From contig CAWFAK010000016.1 of the NCBI GenBank assembly GCA_963813715.1, positions 448,001 to 512,000 on the forward strand: DNA of 64,000 nucleotides, given 5' to 3'. Made by a program: the position numbers and the translations under genes. Position 1 is the stretch's first letter. Each line of letters begins with the position of its first letter. Of the stretch, positions 10,454 to 20,820 are shown one piece after another. Source of the stretch: an uncultured Planctomycetaceae bacterium (GTDB taxonomy: Bacteria; Planctomycetota; Planctomycetia; Planctomycetales; Planctomycetaceae). The notes below the pieces were generated by a model. The model did no database searches and was not told where the DNA came from. It saw nothing but the letters and a program-made list of their open reading frames with translations.

Positions 10454-11575
10454 GTGAGCCTCGATCAGCAGGAACCCGCCTCCGAGCGATTTCTGACGAT
10501 GATCCGCCAGCAGAAGCGGGGGCGGCTGAAGATCTATCTGGGCTTTGCGGCGGGCGTCGGCAAGACCTACGAAATGCTGCAAGAGGCGCATCGCCTCAAG
10601 CGGCAGGGGGTCGATGTCGTCATCGGCGTCGTGGAAACGCATAAGCGAGCCGAAACGATCGCCCAGATCGGCGATCTCGAGCAGGTTCCCCGCCGCACGA
10701 TCGAATATCGGGGCGTTACCATCGACGAAATGGATCTCGACGCCGTGCTGGCCCGGCACCCGGGCGTCGTGCTCGTCGATGAGTTGGCCCACACCAACGC
10801 GCCGGGCTCACGCAACGCCAAGCGTTACCAGGACATCGACGAGCTGATCCGCGCCGGCATCAACGTCATCAGCACGCTCAACATCCAGCACCTGGAAAGC
10901 CTGTACGACGTCGTCGAGAAGGCCACCGGCGTGAAGGTCAAAGAGCGAATCCCCGACTATGTGCTGGGGATGGCCGACGAGCTGGTAAACGTCGACGTGT
11001 CGTCCGAGGACCTGCGAGAACGGCTCGAATCGGGCAAGATTTATCCCGCCGAGCGGATCGGCACGGCTCTGGAAAGCTTCTTCACGAACGCGAATCTGAC
11101 CCGTCTGCGAGAATTGGCCTTCGAAGAGATTGCCTATCGCCTCGATCGCCGCCAGACCGAAGCCAGGGAAGACCAGGAACACAGCACGTCGGGCCGCGTA
11201 ATGGTCTGCCTCAGCTCCCGCAGTCCGAATGCGGAGCGTTTGCTGCGCCGCGCCGCCCGTCTGGCCGATCGGTTCAACGCTCCCTGGTACGCCGTCTACA
11301 TCCAAACTCCAACGGAAGACGTGCACCGAATCGACGCGGCCACGCAGCGACAGATCTCCAACACCCTCACTCTCACCACGCAAATGGGGGGGACGCCTTT
11401 CCAGGCAAAGGGCTCGGACGTGGTCGGCACGATCGCCACCTACGTCAACGAGTACGGCATCACGCACATTGTGCTGGGCCGTACGCAGCGCCCCTGGTAC
11501 CGCCGCTGGCTCGGCCCCTCCATTCTCGAGCGGTTGCTGGTCGCGATTCCCGACGTCGACGTGCTGATCGTTTAG
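10454..11575 (+). CDS. kdpD: stand-alone KdpD N-terminal sensor domain plus USP domain (split KdpD)
   Basis: GRLKIYLGFAAGVGKTYEML, LVDELAHTN, KRYQDI, TLNIQHLESL, NLTRLRELA; USP-like C-terminus; no kinase domain. Confidence 0.9.
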   Translation: MSLDQQEPASERFLTMIRQQKRGRLKIYLGFAAGVGKTYEMLQEAHRLKRQGVDVVIGVVETHKRAETIAQIGDLEQVPRRTIEYRGVTIDEMDLDAVLARHPGVVLVDELAHTNAPGSRNAKRYQDIDELIRAGINVISTLNIQHLESLYDVVEKATGVKVKERIPDYVLGMADELVNVDVSSEDLRERLESGKIYPAERIGTALESFFTNANLTRLRELAFEEIAYRLDRRQTEAREDQEHSTSGRVMVCLSSRSPNAERLLRRAARLADRFNAPWYAVYIQTPTEDVHRIDAATQRQISNTLTLTTQMGGTPFQAKGSDVVGTIATYVNEYGITHIVLGRTQRPWYRRWLGPSILERLLVAIPDVDVLIV

Positions 11576-11800
11576 ACGCATCGGGGCCGCACCTTCGTCT
11601 TCCGGTCAGCGGCGTGGAACCCGCCGATCGGAATGATTTGACGAGTGCGATATCATGGAGATCGCGCACGGGACGGCCCGCGCAGACAGTGTCGCGGCGG
11701 CGCGTCGCATCGCCCAAACAAAAACGGAGACCCGAAAATGTGCGTACCGACGTCCGGCGTGAGTGGAACCTCGGAGTCCGTTTCGTCGCGCCAGGTCTCG

Positions 11801-12766
11801 ATGCGCACGCCTGTGTTTATCGTTTGCGTTGCGTTTGCGCTTCTCGCCGGCGGCCTCCTTCCGCTGCAAGCCGCCGATCCCGAGGGCGAAGGCCCTCCTG
11901 CGAGCGGGATGAGACAATACGCCGTCCCGCTGAAGAAATTCGCTCAACTCCGTCAGAAGATGAGCAAACGCGAGGCGGACAGCCTTTTGGGAAAAGCTGG
12001 CGAGCACGAGTTCACGTACGTCGACCACGAAGGCGTCACCTGGCAGTGCGTCGAGTACACGGTCGCCGAATCTCCCCGTGATGCGTCTTCCGCCTTTGAT
12101 CTGCTCTATCGGGAGGGGCTTTTGTTTGGCGTCGTGGATTACATGGATGCATGGAACCATTACAAGGCGCTGATCGGTCTCAAGCCGGACGAAATCGAGG
12201 ATCCGGGACGCAAAGCGGAGCGTCTGCGACGCACCCCGCAAGCCGCATACGACGACGATTCACGCGTGCGAGAGTTTTTACGCGTCAAGTCGCTGCGCGG
12301 CGACGACATCGCGAAAGCGATGCCCAAGCTCACGGAGCGGATCCTGGCGGGCGAGCGTGAAAGCCGCGCTCGCGAGAAGCGAAACCCTCCTGATCCCGGC
12401 CTGACGGCGGTATTCGCCGCCATGAGCCTTCTGTTTCCTTCGTCAACGGCGCCGGTGGCTCGGGCCTATCGGTGGAATGCCCAGATGATGAAAACGTTCG
12501 ACGGCAACCGCGTGACCGTCGGAATGACGCCCGCCAACGTCGAAGCGTTGTTTGGGAAGCCGTTGCTCCGCCAGGAACTGCGGGATGGCACTTCCGCCGC
12601 AATCTATGGTCCCCGGGACACGAAGAATCTTACGATTGTGCCGCCCTATGTCGCTTGTAGCCCAGTGCTGGTTGTTTATCGTCACGGCGGGGTGATTCGC
12701 GTGTTGAGCAATTCGTTCTTCGACGGGGCCTGGCTGGAGACTGTGTGGCCCGACCTGAAATCGTAG
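11801..12766 (+). CDS. exported hypothetical protein with BamE/SmpA-like repeats
   Basis: signal peptide MRTPVFIVCVAFALLAGGLLPLQA; motifs LRQKMSKREADSLLGK and VTVGMTPANVEALFGKP. Confidence 0.55.
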   Translation: MRTPVFIVCVAFALLAGGLLPLQAADPEGEGPPASGMRQYAVPLKKFAQLRQKMSKREADSLLGKAGEHEFTYVDHEGVTWQCVEYTVAESPRDASSAFDLLYREGLLFGVVDYMDAWNHYKALIGLKPDEIEDPGRKAERLRRTPQAAYDDDSRVREFLRVKSLRGDDIAKAMPKLTERILAGERESRAREKRNPPDPGLTAVFAAMSLLFPSSTAPVARAYRWNAQMMKTFDGNRVTVGMTPANVEALFGKPLLRQELRDGTSAAIYGPRDTKNLTIVPPYVACSPVLVVYRHGGVIRVLSNSFFDGAWLETVWPDLKS

Positions 12767-12805
12767 CAGTGACTCTAGACTAGATTTGTAACCCGACGTG
12801 ACGTC

Positions 12806-14151
12806 ATGCCGCATCCCTTGTTCGAAATCCCTGAGCTGGCCAACCTGGAGACGGGGCTCGGGCTGGTGCGGATTCCGATGGAGTTGGACGTGCCGTTCAC
12901 GCCGCGCGTCCGGGCGATCGTCGATACGCCGCAGTTTCAGCGGTTGAAGCACATTACGCAGCTGGGGCTCGCGTCGCGAGTCTATCCGGGGGCCACGCAC
13001 ACGCGGTTCGAGCATGCGCTGGGCGTCTTTTACAACGCCGTCCGCTATCTCCGGCAGCTCGGCAAGGATCCGCGGTTTCGCGAGGTCATCGATCGGCACC
13101 GGGCGGAGGTGCTGTTGTGCGCGGCCCTGCTGCACGACGTCGGGCATTGGCCCTTTTGTCACCCGATCGAGGACATGGGACTTGACGATCTGCCGCCGCA
13201 CGAGGAATTTGCCGCCCATTTTCTCGCGGACACGAGCGAACTGAGCTTCGTGCTGCGGGAGCAATGGGAGGTCGAGTCGCAGGAAGTGCTCGACATCGTG
13301 ACCGCGCGGGACGAATCGCCGTCGGGCCGCTTGTTGCATTCGATCCTTTCCGGCCCGATCGACATCGACAAAATGGATTACCTCGATCGGGACAGCCTGC
13401 ACGCCGGCGTTCCCTACGGCCGCAATTTCGACCGCAATCGGCTGATCCAGTCGCTCCTCTTGAACGAGGCGCAAAACGGGCTGGCCATTTCGACCAAGGG
13501 AAAGACGGCCGCCGAGCTGATGGTGTTTGCCCGCTACGTGATGTTCAGCGAGGTCTACTGGCACCACGCCGTCCGCTCGGCCACGAGCATGTTCGCCCGA
13601 GCGTTCTTCGAGCTGCGGGGAAAACTCGACCTCAAATCGTTCTTCCAGCTCAGCGAATCGGAATCGATCACTCGCCTGGTCCAGGCGGCCGCCGGGACGC
13701 GCTGCGCCCGCTGCTCGAGGCGCTGTTCGGCGCACGGCGCGAGCTCTACAAGCGGGTGGCCGAATTCAGCCTCTACCAACTTCCGGAGACCTATCGGTTG
13801 CTCGCGCGGCGGCCGTACGGGTACCTCGTCGAGTGTGCCGAAACGCTGGCCGAACAGCTGGCGGAAGAACTGGGCGAGCAGGTGCAGCCGACGGACGTGC
13901 TGATCGACGCCCCGCCGCCCGATCGCGAGATCGAATTCAACGTCGAAATCTTCTTCCCCAAAGAGGGCGTTTACCGGCCGCTGCACACCGTCTCGCCGGT
14001 GGTCGAAGCGCTCGCCCGGACCCAGTTCGACGATTACGTCAAACGCGTGCGGGTCTTCGCCCACCCGCGCTGGGCGAAGCAGATCAACGATTCGGGCGCC
14101 TTCTCACGCTGCCTGGCGACCGCCATTTCCGAGACCAGTGACTCGCGGTAG
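12806..14151 (+). CDS. HD-superfamily phosphohydrolase (SAMHD1/dNTP triphosphohydrolase-like); frameshift near 13700
   Basis: FQRLKHITQLG, YPGATHTRFEHALG, ALLHDVGHWPFCH, DIDKMDYLDRD, VYWHHAVR. Confidence 0.88.
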
Positions 14152-14307
14152 CGGCCGATTCCCACGGGCCTACGGCTGTTCGCCGAAGAAAAAGACACCC
14201 CGAACGGGCGGCGTGTGCGCATCTTGCCCGATTTGGCCGTCTTTGCTAAAAGACCTGCCGCCAACGCATCCCTGCCTTACTCGCGGTCCTTCGCGGAGCG
14301 AAGTTCG

Positions 14308-15186
14308 ATGAACGACACGATGTCGAATGTCTCCATCTCGAACGTTCCGCCGTCGAGCGTTCCACTGCCCGCTGCCTCGCCCCGACGCCTGACGATCGGT
14401 CGCCTGGTCTTGATCGGGGCCGCAGCTTTGCCGTTTGCGGCATCCCTCGGTTTCTGCTCGATCGAGCGCAAGCCGAATCCGCTCCGCGATTCGGTCGAGC
14501 GTCCGGCGGTCGTCTTCGATCAGTACCTCGTCAACCTGGGCGAGATTCACAACACGGCCCGGGCCGAAGCCAAGTTCCGCTTCAAGAATTGCGGCAGCTT
14601 CCCCGTGCGGATCACGAACGTGACGCCCAGCTGCAATTGCCTCTCGCCGAAGATCGAAAAACGGGCCTATGCGCCGGGCGAAATCAGCGAGTTCACGCTC
14701 GGCGTCTTGACCACGCATCAGACGCCGGGCCAGCACGAGTACCTGGTCACGATCGACTACGAAGATCCGCAGCCGCGCTCGGTGACGGTCACGTTCAAGC
14801 TGACCATCCGCCGCGAAGTCACGCTGAGCCCGGGGCAATTGATCATCTATCAGAACGGCCATACGGAGACGGAGCAAAAGGTCCAGCTCACGGACATGCG
14901 GCCCAAGCCCTTCCGCGTGACGTCGGCCTACTGCCGCTCCAAGCTCGTCAAAGTCGAGCTGGGAAAGACGGTCGACGATCCGGAAGGGGGCCGCGAGACG
15001 ACGGTCATCGTCCGCGTGGCCGCGCAGGTGCCCGCCGCGGGCGAAGACTGCTCGGTCTACATCACGACCGACGATCCGCACTATCCGAAGATTCCCGTGC
15101 CGCTGCGGATTCGCGACGTAACGGCGAAGGTCACGCCGCCCGCCGAGAGCGAGACGCACGCCGCGCTGCCCGGGGCCGCTCATTGA
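14308..15186 (+). CDS. DUF1573 Ig-like domain protein
   Basis: N-terminal hydrophobic segment; FRFKNCGSFPVRITNVTPSCNCL..YAPGE. Confidence 0.75.
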   Translation: MNDTMSNVSISNVPPSSVPLPAASPRRLTIGRLVLIGAAALPFAASLGFCSIERKPNPLRDSVERPAVVFDQYLVNLGEIHNTARAEAKFRFKNCGSFPVRITNVTPSCNCLSPKIEKRAYAPGEISEFTLGVLTTHQTPGQHEYLVTIDYEDPQPRSVTVTFKLTIRREVTLSPGQLIIYQNGHTETEQKVQLTDMRPKPFRVTSAYCRSKLVKVELGKTVDDPEGGRETTVIVRVAAQVPAAGEDCSVYITTDDPHYPKIPVPLRIRDVTAKVTPPAESETHAALPGAAH

Positions 15187-15656
15187 TGCCGGCCGCCGGT
15201 GCGTCGGATGAGGGGCCGACGGACGAGGCACGGGCGGACGACGATCGCGAGCGCATCGCGCTGGCAATCCAGCAACCCTGGGCCGAGCTGATCCTCCGCG
15301 GGATCAAAACCCTCGAGATTCGTTCGCAGCCGACACGGCAGCGCGGCACGATCCTGTTGTACGCGAGCAAACGTGTGTCGGCCCTGCCGGCGGCGCACGC
15401 GGCGGTACGCCGTCTCGATCTGGATGTCGAGTCGTTGCCCCGCGGGAAAGTCGTGGGGTCCGTCGATTTGATCGACTGCCGACTCGCGCGTTCCAGCGAT
15501 CAGCCGGCGGCCTGCGTCGGGGCTGAGCTCTTGAAGGGACAATTCGCCTACGAGGTCGTTCGTCCGCGGCGATTCGCCACGCCACGAGCCCCGCGATTTC
15601 TGCCGTATGGCGTCTGGTTCTATCCGTTCAAACGCCGGCCGAAACGGGATCGCTAA
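15186..15656 (+). CDS. ASCH domain protein
   Basis: ALAIQQPWAELILRGIKTLEIRS...RGTILLYAS...LPRGKVVGSVDLIDC; TGATG coupling to the upstream gene. Confidence 0.85.
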   Translation: MPAAGASDEGPTDEARADDDRERIALAIQQPWAELILRGIKTLEIRSQPTRQRGTILLYASKRVSALPAAHAAVRRLDLDVESLPRGKVVGSVDLIDCRLARSSDQPAACVGAELLKGQFAYEVVRPRRFATPRAPRFLPYGVWFYPFKRRPKRDR

Positions 15657-15698
15657 CCGTTCGCGACGACGACGCGCGGGCGTCGCGCTAGCCCGTCG

Positions 15699-15902
15699 CT
15701 ATTTGATGAGAATCAGCTTGCCGTTGCGGGTGACCTGCAGGCGATAGATTTTCTCGTCGTGGCGGATCTGGACTTCGCGGGCGCCCTGAAAGAGGTCGGC
15801 CGAATTGACCGTGCGCTGGGGCAAACTTTCGCTCGGCACCGCGTGAAACTCGGAGGGCCTGAGCGGATTGTGATCGGACGCGGGGGCAGGGTCTGAGTTC
15901 AT
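15699..15902 (-). CDS. hemP: hemin uptake protein HemP family
   Basis: VNSADLFQGAREVQIRHDEKIYRLQVTRNGKLILIK. Confidence 0.85.
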   Translation of the reverse strand: MNSDPAPASDHNPLRPSEFHAVPSESLPQRTVNSADLFQGAREVQIRHDEKIYRLQVTRNGKLILIK

Positions 15903-15969
15903 ATTTAGCGCACGACCTCCCAGCGGACGGCGGGCGAAAACCGAGTTGCATGGGAGCAATCTATTGCAA

Positions 15970-15986
15970 TTGAGACTCAGTGTCAA
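15970..15986. promoter_or_regulatory. Fur-box-like palindrome upstream of hemP
   Basis: TTGAGACT-C-AGTGTCAA (8-1-8 with one mismatch) in an AT-richer patch upstream of an iron-related gene. Confidence 0.55.
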
Positions 15987-16111
15987 CAAACTGAGCCGTC
16001 CCTGAGCCCTGAATTCGGCGATCAGTCTCTTTCCGCCTCGTCAGCGCGCCCCCGCTCCCGGCCGGCCAGCACCCGCGTCACCAAATCTGCGAAATCGCGA
16101 GGATAGCCCTC

Positions 16112-17432
16112 ATGCCGCAGCCCGGCAACTTCAATAAGCCCGTCCTTCGGGACTGGCACGTCTGGGTCGTCAACGAGAATGCCGATGGAAGCCGGCGGTG
16201 ATCGCGATCCGGGAGATCTGCGGCTGCTGGAAACCCGCGTTCCGACACGCCCGTCGAACGCTTCACGAACCGCGTGTTCGCCTACTGCGATGTCTTTCCG
16301 GACGGCCGCGTGCTGCCCAACGACACCCTGGGGAGTTGGGGGTCGTTTCCACACTTGATCGACCCGTGCGCGCTCTTCATCCCGTTGCCTGCGGATCGCG
16401 CGGCGCTCACCAAAGGATGGTCGAGGGCCATGCCCGGCTGTGCCTTGCCGGAGCGCGGCGAGCGAATCTTCAAATGCGCAATCGATCCAACGGCACGCTC
16501 GGAGGGCCCCGTCGTGATCAACTGCACCGAGCACGATCCGATGCACGCGGCCTACGATCAAAAGGAGTCACGCCGGTGTGTGTTCGACGTCGCCGCTGGT
16601 CGCCTGCTGGAATACACGCGCGAATCCGACGAGCGCGGCGCCCGCAAAGGCCAGCCGCGCTTGCACCGCCACTCGGTCTTCAAGCTGAAGTCGGTCAGCC
16701 ACAAACCACTCGTGTGGATCAACGCGCTGAAGAAGGAATCGGAGCAATTGTTCCTCCGGAAACGGGAATACGATCAGCTCGCAGACGAATGCCTGCGGAC
16801 GCGGACCGTCAAGGCATGCCGGGAGCTGACCGATCGAACGCGCGAGCGAGTCCTCACGGCCCAGAAGTCGGCGACCGTGGATCCGGTGCGAGAGCAGTAC
16901 GTCGCCTTTCTCAAGATGGTCGATCGCGACACAACCTTTGCTCTCGATGACGCCCGGCTCAAGGAGACACTCTACGCCCGCGGGCCGGCGACCTGGGAAT
17001 TGACGGCATTCGACGGCAGCAAGCATCGCCTCAGCGAATACCGCGGAAAGGTCGTGGTCCTCGATTTCTGGTTTGCCAACTGTGGCTGGTGCATCAAGTC
17101 GTACCCGCAGGTCAACGATATCGCCAGAAAGTACAAGCACCGAGGGGTCGTCGTCTTCGGGATGAACACCGACGCCCCGGAGGAAGCGGACCTCGCGCGG
17201 AACGTGATCCGCGAGATGGCCCTCACCTACACCAATCTAAAAGCCAGGCCCGCTCTCCCCTTCTATCAAGACGAGGCCGCCAAGCATTTCATCGGCGGCG
17301 CCGACGCTGTTCATCCTCGATCAGACGGGAAAAATCGCCGAGATCCACGAAGGCTATCGAGTGGACCTCGTCCAGCGGATCGGCCAAACGATCGACCGCC
17401 TGCTCGCCAACCAGGCCGCGCCTCCGAAGTGA
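16112..17432 (+). CDS. TlpA/redoxin-family thiol-disulfide oxidoreductase with a long N-terminal region; frameshifted at both ends
   Basis: LSEYRGKVVVLDFWFANCGWC; C-terminus LFILDQTGKIAEIHEGY in a shifted frame. Confidence 0.7.
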
Positions 17433-17547
17433 CTCGCGCAGTCACCGCGCCGATCGGAGTCCCAGAATCGCGCCCGTTGCCCGACCAATCGCTCACGATT
17501 TGCAAATTCGGATTGAATCGAAGCGTTCGCACAATGGGCCGCCGACG

Positions 17548-19218
17548 TCACGACGCGGGGCGGTGCCAGCGGAACAAGAGTCCGATTTCGTCCATGCGGA
17601 AGGCGCGAGCGAGGCCGAAATAAGTCGCCAGCGAAGCGCCCACCGGCGCGCCGACGCGGCACAACCGCGCGGCCCAACTGTGGCCCGTCGGGCAACAGGC
17701 AAGCGCGATCAGGCAGACAATTGTCATCGCTGCCGTCGCGGTGCCGGTCTGCAAACAGCTGCGACGCAGCGCCCGCCAGTCGAGACGACCGACGCGCAGT
17801 TCAAACACCCAGAGCACGAGGCCGCACTGCACGATCGATGAGACGGCCGTCGCGAGCGCCAACCCGCCCCCGCCCATCGGCCAGATTAGCGTCACGTCGA
17901 GCGTCAGGTTGATCGCCATCCCCACCAGGCTCATCAGCAGCGGGGAACGGCGGTCACCGACGGCGTAGAATCCGCGATGGACGATGAGCAACGCGCAATA
18001 GGCCCACACCGCGCAGCCGAACATGCGGACCATGTCGGTCGTCTGACGGACCGCCTCGTCGTCGAAGGTGCCGTGCTGAAACAACAGAATCGTGAGCGGC
18101 CGCGCGAGCACGACGAGTCCCGCGCTCGCCGGCACACTGATGAACAGCACCAGCTTCAGCCCCCGCGCTAAATCCTCGCGGAGTTTGTCCATCCGATATT
18201 CGGCCGCATGTTGCGACAGAATGGGAAACAACACCGTCCCCAGGGCTACGCCGAACACGCCCAGCGGGAATTGATAGACCCTCGCGCCGAAGTAGAGGGC
18301 CGAGGCCGTCCCTGGATCGAGCGGATACGCCAGCCCGCCCGGCAGCCAGGGAATGGTGCCCGCGGATTCCGGCCGCGTGAAGCCCCACGCCGCCAGTCCG
18401 TCCAGAAGTGAATTGAGCTGCGTGACCGACAGGCCGATCGTGACCGCGAACATGGCCCGCCCTATCTCGGCCAGTCGCCCGTCGGCGAGGCGCCAATCGG
18501 AAACGTAGCGATATCCCAAGCGGCGCAAGGTCGAGAGCGGCGCTGCCAATTGGAAGAAGCCCGACGCCACGATCGCCACGGACACCGCGTAGATCTTGGC
18601 CGTCGGCGATTCGATAAAAGGCACCCACAGCCACAGGCTGGCGATCCAGACGACGTTGAGCAGCACCGGCTCCAATGACGGCCACCAGAAGTGATTGAGG
18701 CCGTACATTACCGCGTTGAGCTGCGCGACGACGCACACCAGGATCAAGTACGGCAGCAGGACGGCCGTCAGCCCCAGCAGGATGCGGAGGTCCGACCCCG
18801 GCGTGCTGCCCAGCCACATCAACAGCACGATCAGCTCGCCGGCGATGACCAAGAGCGTCAGGCCGATGGCCAGCACCGCCAGCACGCCGCTGGCCAGCCG
18901 CCAGCCGGCGTCGGCCCCCTTGTGCATTCGCTCCTGCAGAAAGGCAGGCAGAAAGGCGGCCGTGAGCGCGCCTTCGCCGAACATGCCGCGGGCCAGACCG
19001 GGGACGCGGAAGGCGACGGAGAATGCGTCCATCAGCGCGCCGTTGCCGAAGACGGCCGCCATCGCCACATCGCGGACCAGACCGAGCACGCGGCTGGCCA
19101 CCGTCAAGAGGCTGACAGTCCGCAGGCCGGCCGTTACTCCGCGGCTGCCGCCGGCGGTGGACGCGGCGCGTTCCGGGGAGTTATCGCACGACGGGCTCGA
19201 ACCGGGCGCGGTTGACAT
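17548..19218 (-). CDS. murJ: lipid II flippase MurJ (MviN)
   Basis: SRVLGLVRD, DAFSVAFRVP...FGEGALTAAFLP, QFPLGVFGVALGTVLFP; many TM helices. Confidence 0.93.
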   Translation of the reverse strand: MSTAPGSSPSCDNSPERAASTAGGSRGVTAGLRTVSLLTVASRVLGLVRDVAMAAVFGNGALMDAFSVAFRVPGLARGMFGEGALTAAFLPAFLQERMHKGADAGWRLASGVLAVLAIGLTLLVIAGELIVLLMWLGSTPGSDLRILLGLTAVLLPYLILVCVVAQLNAVMYGLNHFWWPSLEPVLLNVVWIASLWLWVPFIESPTAKIYAVSVAIVASGFFQLAAPLSTLRRLGYRYVSDWRLADGRLAEIGRAMFAVTIGLSVTQLNSLLDGLAAWGFTRPESAGTIPWLPGGLAYPLDPGTASALYFGARVYQFPLGVFGVALGTVLFPILSQHAAEYRMDKLREDLARGLKLVLFISVPASAGLVVLARPLTILLFQHGTFDDEAVRQTTDMVRMFGCAVWAYCALLIVHRGFYAVGDRRSPLLMSLVGMAINLTLDVTLIWPMGGGGLALATAVSSIVQCGLVLWVFELRVGRLDWRALRRSCLQTGTATAAMTIVCLIALACCPTGHSWAARLCRVGAPVGASLATYFGLARAFRMDEIGLLFRWHRPAS

Positions 19219-19615
19219 CGAGTTGCGCCAGGATATCAACCACGCGATCCGTCGGCAGGCCCCAATCGATGGCCCAATTGATGATGTCGAGGTTTTCGTG
19301 CCCCGCGTACACCCGATCGAGCACGCGATCCACCAGGCAATCGCCGCTGGCGATCAGCGCGTCGATCTTGCCGAAGGGCTCGTCGTCGAACTCGGCCCAG
19401 CGTTTGCGGCCGCGCAGATGTTCGATGCGGCGATAACGGCAGTACGCGCGCCAGTATTTGCGATACCAGTCGCGGATGGCCTGGTCGCCCAGGTCGCGTC
19501 CGTGTTTCTGGCTTTCGATCCACTTATGACGTTGAGCTTCGCGCCGCGCTTCTTCGTGAATGCTGGCCGAACGCCCCGATAGCACTGCCTGAGATAACAC
19601 TGCCTGAGAGCACAT
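19181..19615 (-). CDS. hypothetical protein, DUF4032-like
   Basis: EAQRHKWIESQKHGRDLGDQAIRDWYRKYW; GGAGG ribosome-binding site. Confidence 0.7.
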   Translation of the reverse strand: MCSQAVLSQAVLSGRSASIHEEARREAQRHKWIESQKHGRDLGDQAIRDWYRKYWRAYCRYRRIEHLRGRKRWAEFDDEPFGKIDALIASGDCLVDRVLDRVYAGHENLDIINWAIDWGLPTDRVVDILAQLDVNRARFEPVVR

Positions 19616-19746
19616 CATCCACCTCCGGCCGTCGCCGTCGTCTGCGGTGACCGGCAATTCATTTGTCAGCGCTTGAGCCCAGGCTCCCTACTTCCAGACG
19701 GGTGTCCTGAGCAACGGTGTGGAGTGTCGTTCGGGACTATAGCCGG

Positions 19747-20763
19747 TCATTTTCGCTGGGACAAGGCAGATGTCCCGGCCAGCTTCACCAGCAGTGTCTC
19801 GAGCACTTGCCTTTCGGGAATGAGGAACGCACCCTTGAGCGCGCTATCGGCTTCGAGCAAGCGAGACGAGATCCGCTGCGCCTCCGCGCGACCGAGCCGC
19901 CGTAAGTACGCGGCCGATTCGCCGATTTCCCGGGGGAAGACGCCCGCTTCTCCCAGAGCGCGGTCGAGCGAAGTCCCCTGGCCCGATAAGGCGACGGCCT
20001 GCGCTAACCGACGGAATACGAACGTAAGGCCGCCGAGAATTTTGTGCGCCGACTCACCCGCGTCGAGCAGTTGATTGAGCAGGTCGAGGGCCTCGCCCGT
20101 TTCGCCGCGACGGACGGCCGCCGCGATCGACCAGGTCGTTTCGGTGGCCCAGCCGCCGACCAGCGTTTCGACGTCGGCGATTTCGATCGTCGTCCGCTGG
20201 CCCACGTAGGCGGACAGTTTGGCCAGTTCCTGTTCCAGCAGGCCCAGGTCGCCGCCGGCCAGCTCGTAAATCAAATTGGCCGTCTCGCGAGTGACCGATT
20301 TGCCGTGCGCGGTCTTGGCCGTCTCGGCGATCCAGCGCACGAGATCGCTGCCGGACAGCGGCCCGCATTCCACTTCCAGGCCGACCTTGGGCACCGCCTT
20401 GGCCAGGCGGGTCGTTTTGGGCCAGGCCTTCACGTCGAGCACCAGCACCGAGTTTTTGGCCGGTTTCTGCAGGTATTTCTCCAGCCCTTCGCGATTCTGC
20501 GAGACGAAACGGTCGGCATCGTCGAGGATGACCAGCCGGCTGCTCCCCCACATCGAAATGGTCCGCAGCTCGTCGCACACGGTCTTGAGGTCGGCCTGGT
20601 CGCCGGCAAATCGAGTCAGCCCCAAATGTTCCTCGTCCTCGCCCAAAACCAGTCGGCACAAACGCTCGAAGACGGCCCGCTTCAGGTACTGTTCTTCCCC
20701 AAATAGGACGGCGATGACGCCGACTTTTTGCTCGGAGGACTTCAAAAACGCGGTCGCGTGCAT
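19747..20763 (-). CDS. holA: DNA polymerase III delta subunit
   Basis: VLFGEEQYLK, DELRTISMWGSSRLVILDDAD, DLGLLEQELAKLSAY, LLEADSALKG. Confidence 0.9.
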   Translation of the reverse strand: MHATAFLKSSEQKVGVIAVLFGEEQYLKRAVFERLCRLVLGEDEEHLGLTRFAGDQADLKTVCDELRTISMWGSSRLVILDDADRFVSQNREGLEKYLQKPAKNSVLVLDVKAWPKTTRLAKAVPKVGLEVECGPLSGSDLVRWIAETAKTAHGKSVTRETANLIYELAGGDLGLLEQELAKLSAYVGQRTTIEIADVETLVGGWATETTWSIAAAVRRGETGEALDLLNQLLDAGESAHKILGGLTFVFRRLAQAVALSGQGTSLDRALGEAGVFPREIGESAAYLRRLGRAEAQRISSRLLEADSALKGAFLIPERQVLETLLVKLAGTSALSQRK

Positions 20764-20820
20764 TGGGGATTGACCTGCCAGAGAGCGACGCCTACAGTCG
20801 CCGCCCGATTACAGCACTGG

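Noticed and set aside
19577..19612. 15-bp duplication encoding SQAVL twice
   Set aside because: Looks like local slippage in a variable N-terminus.
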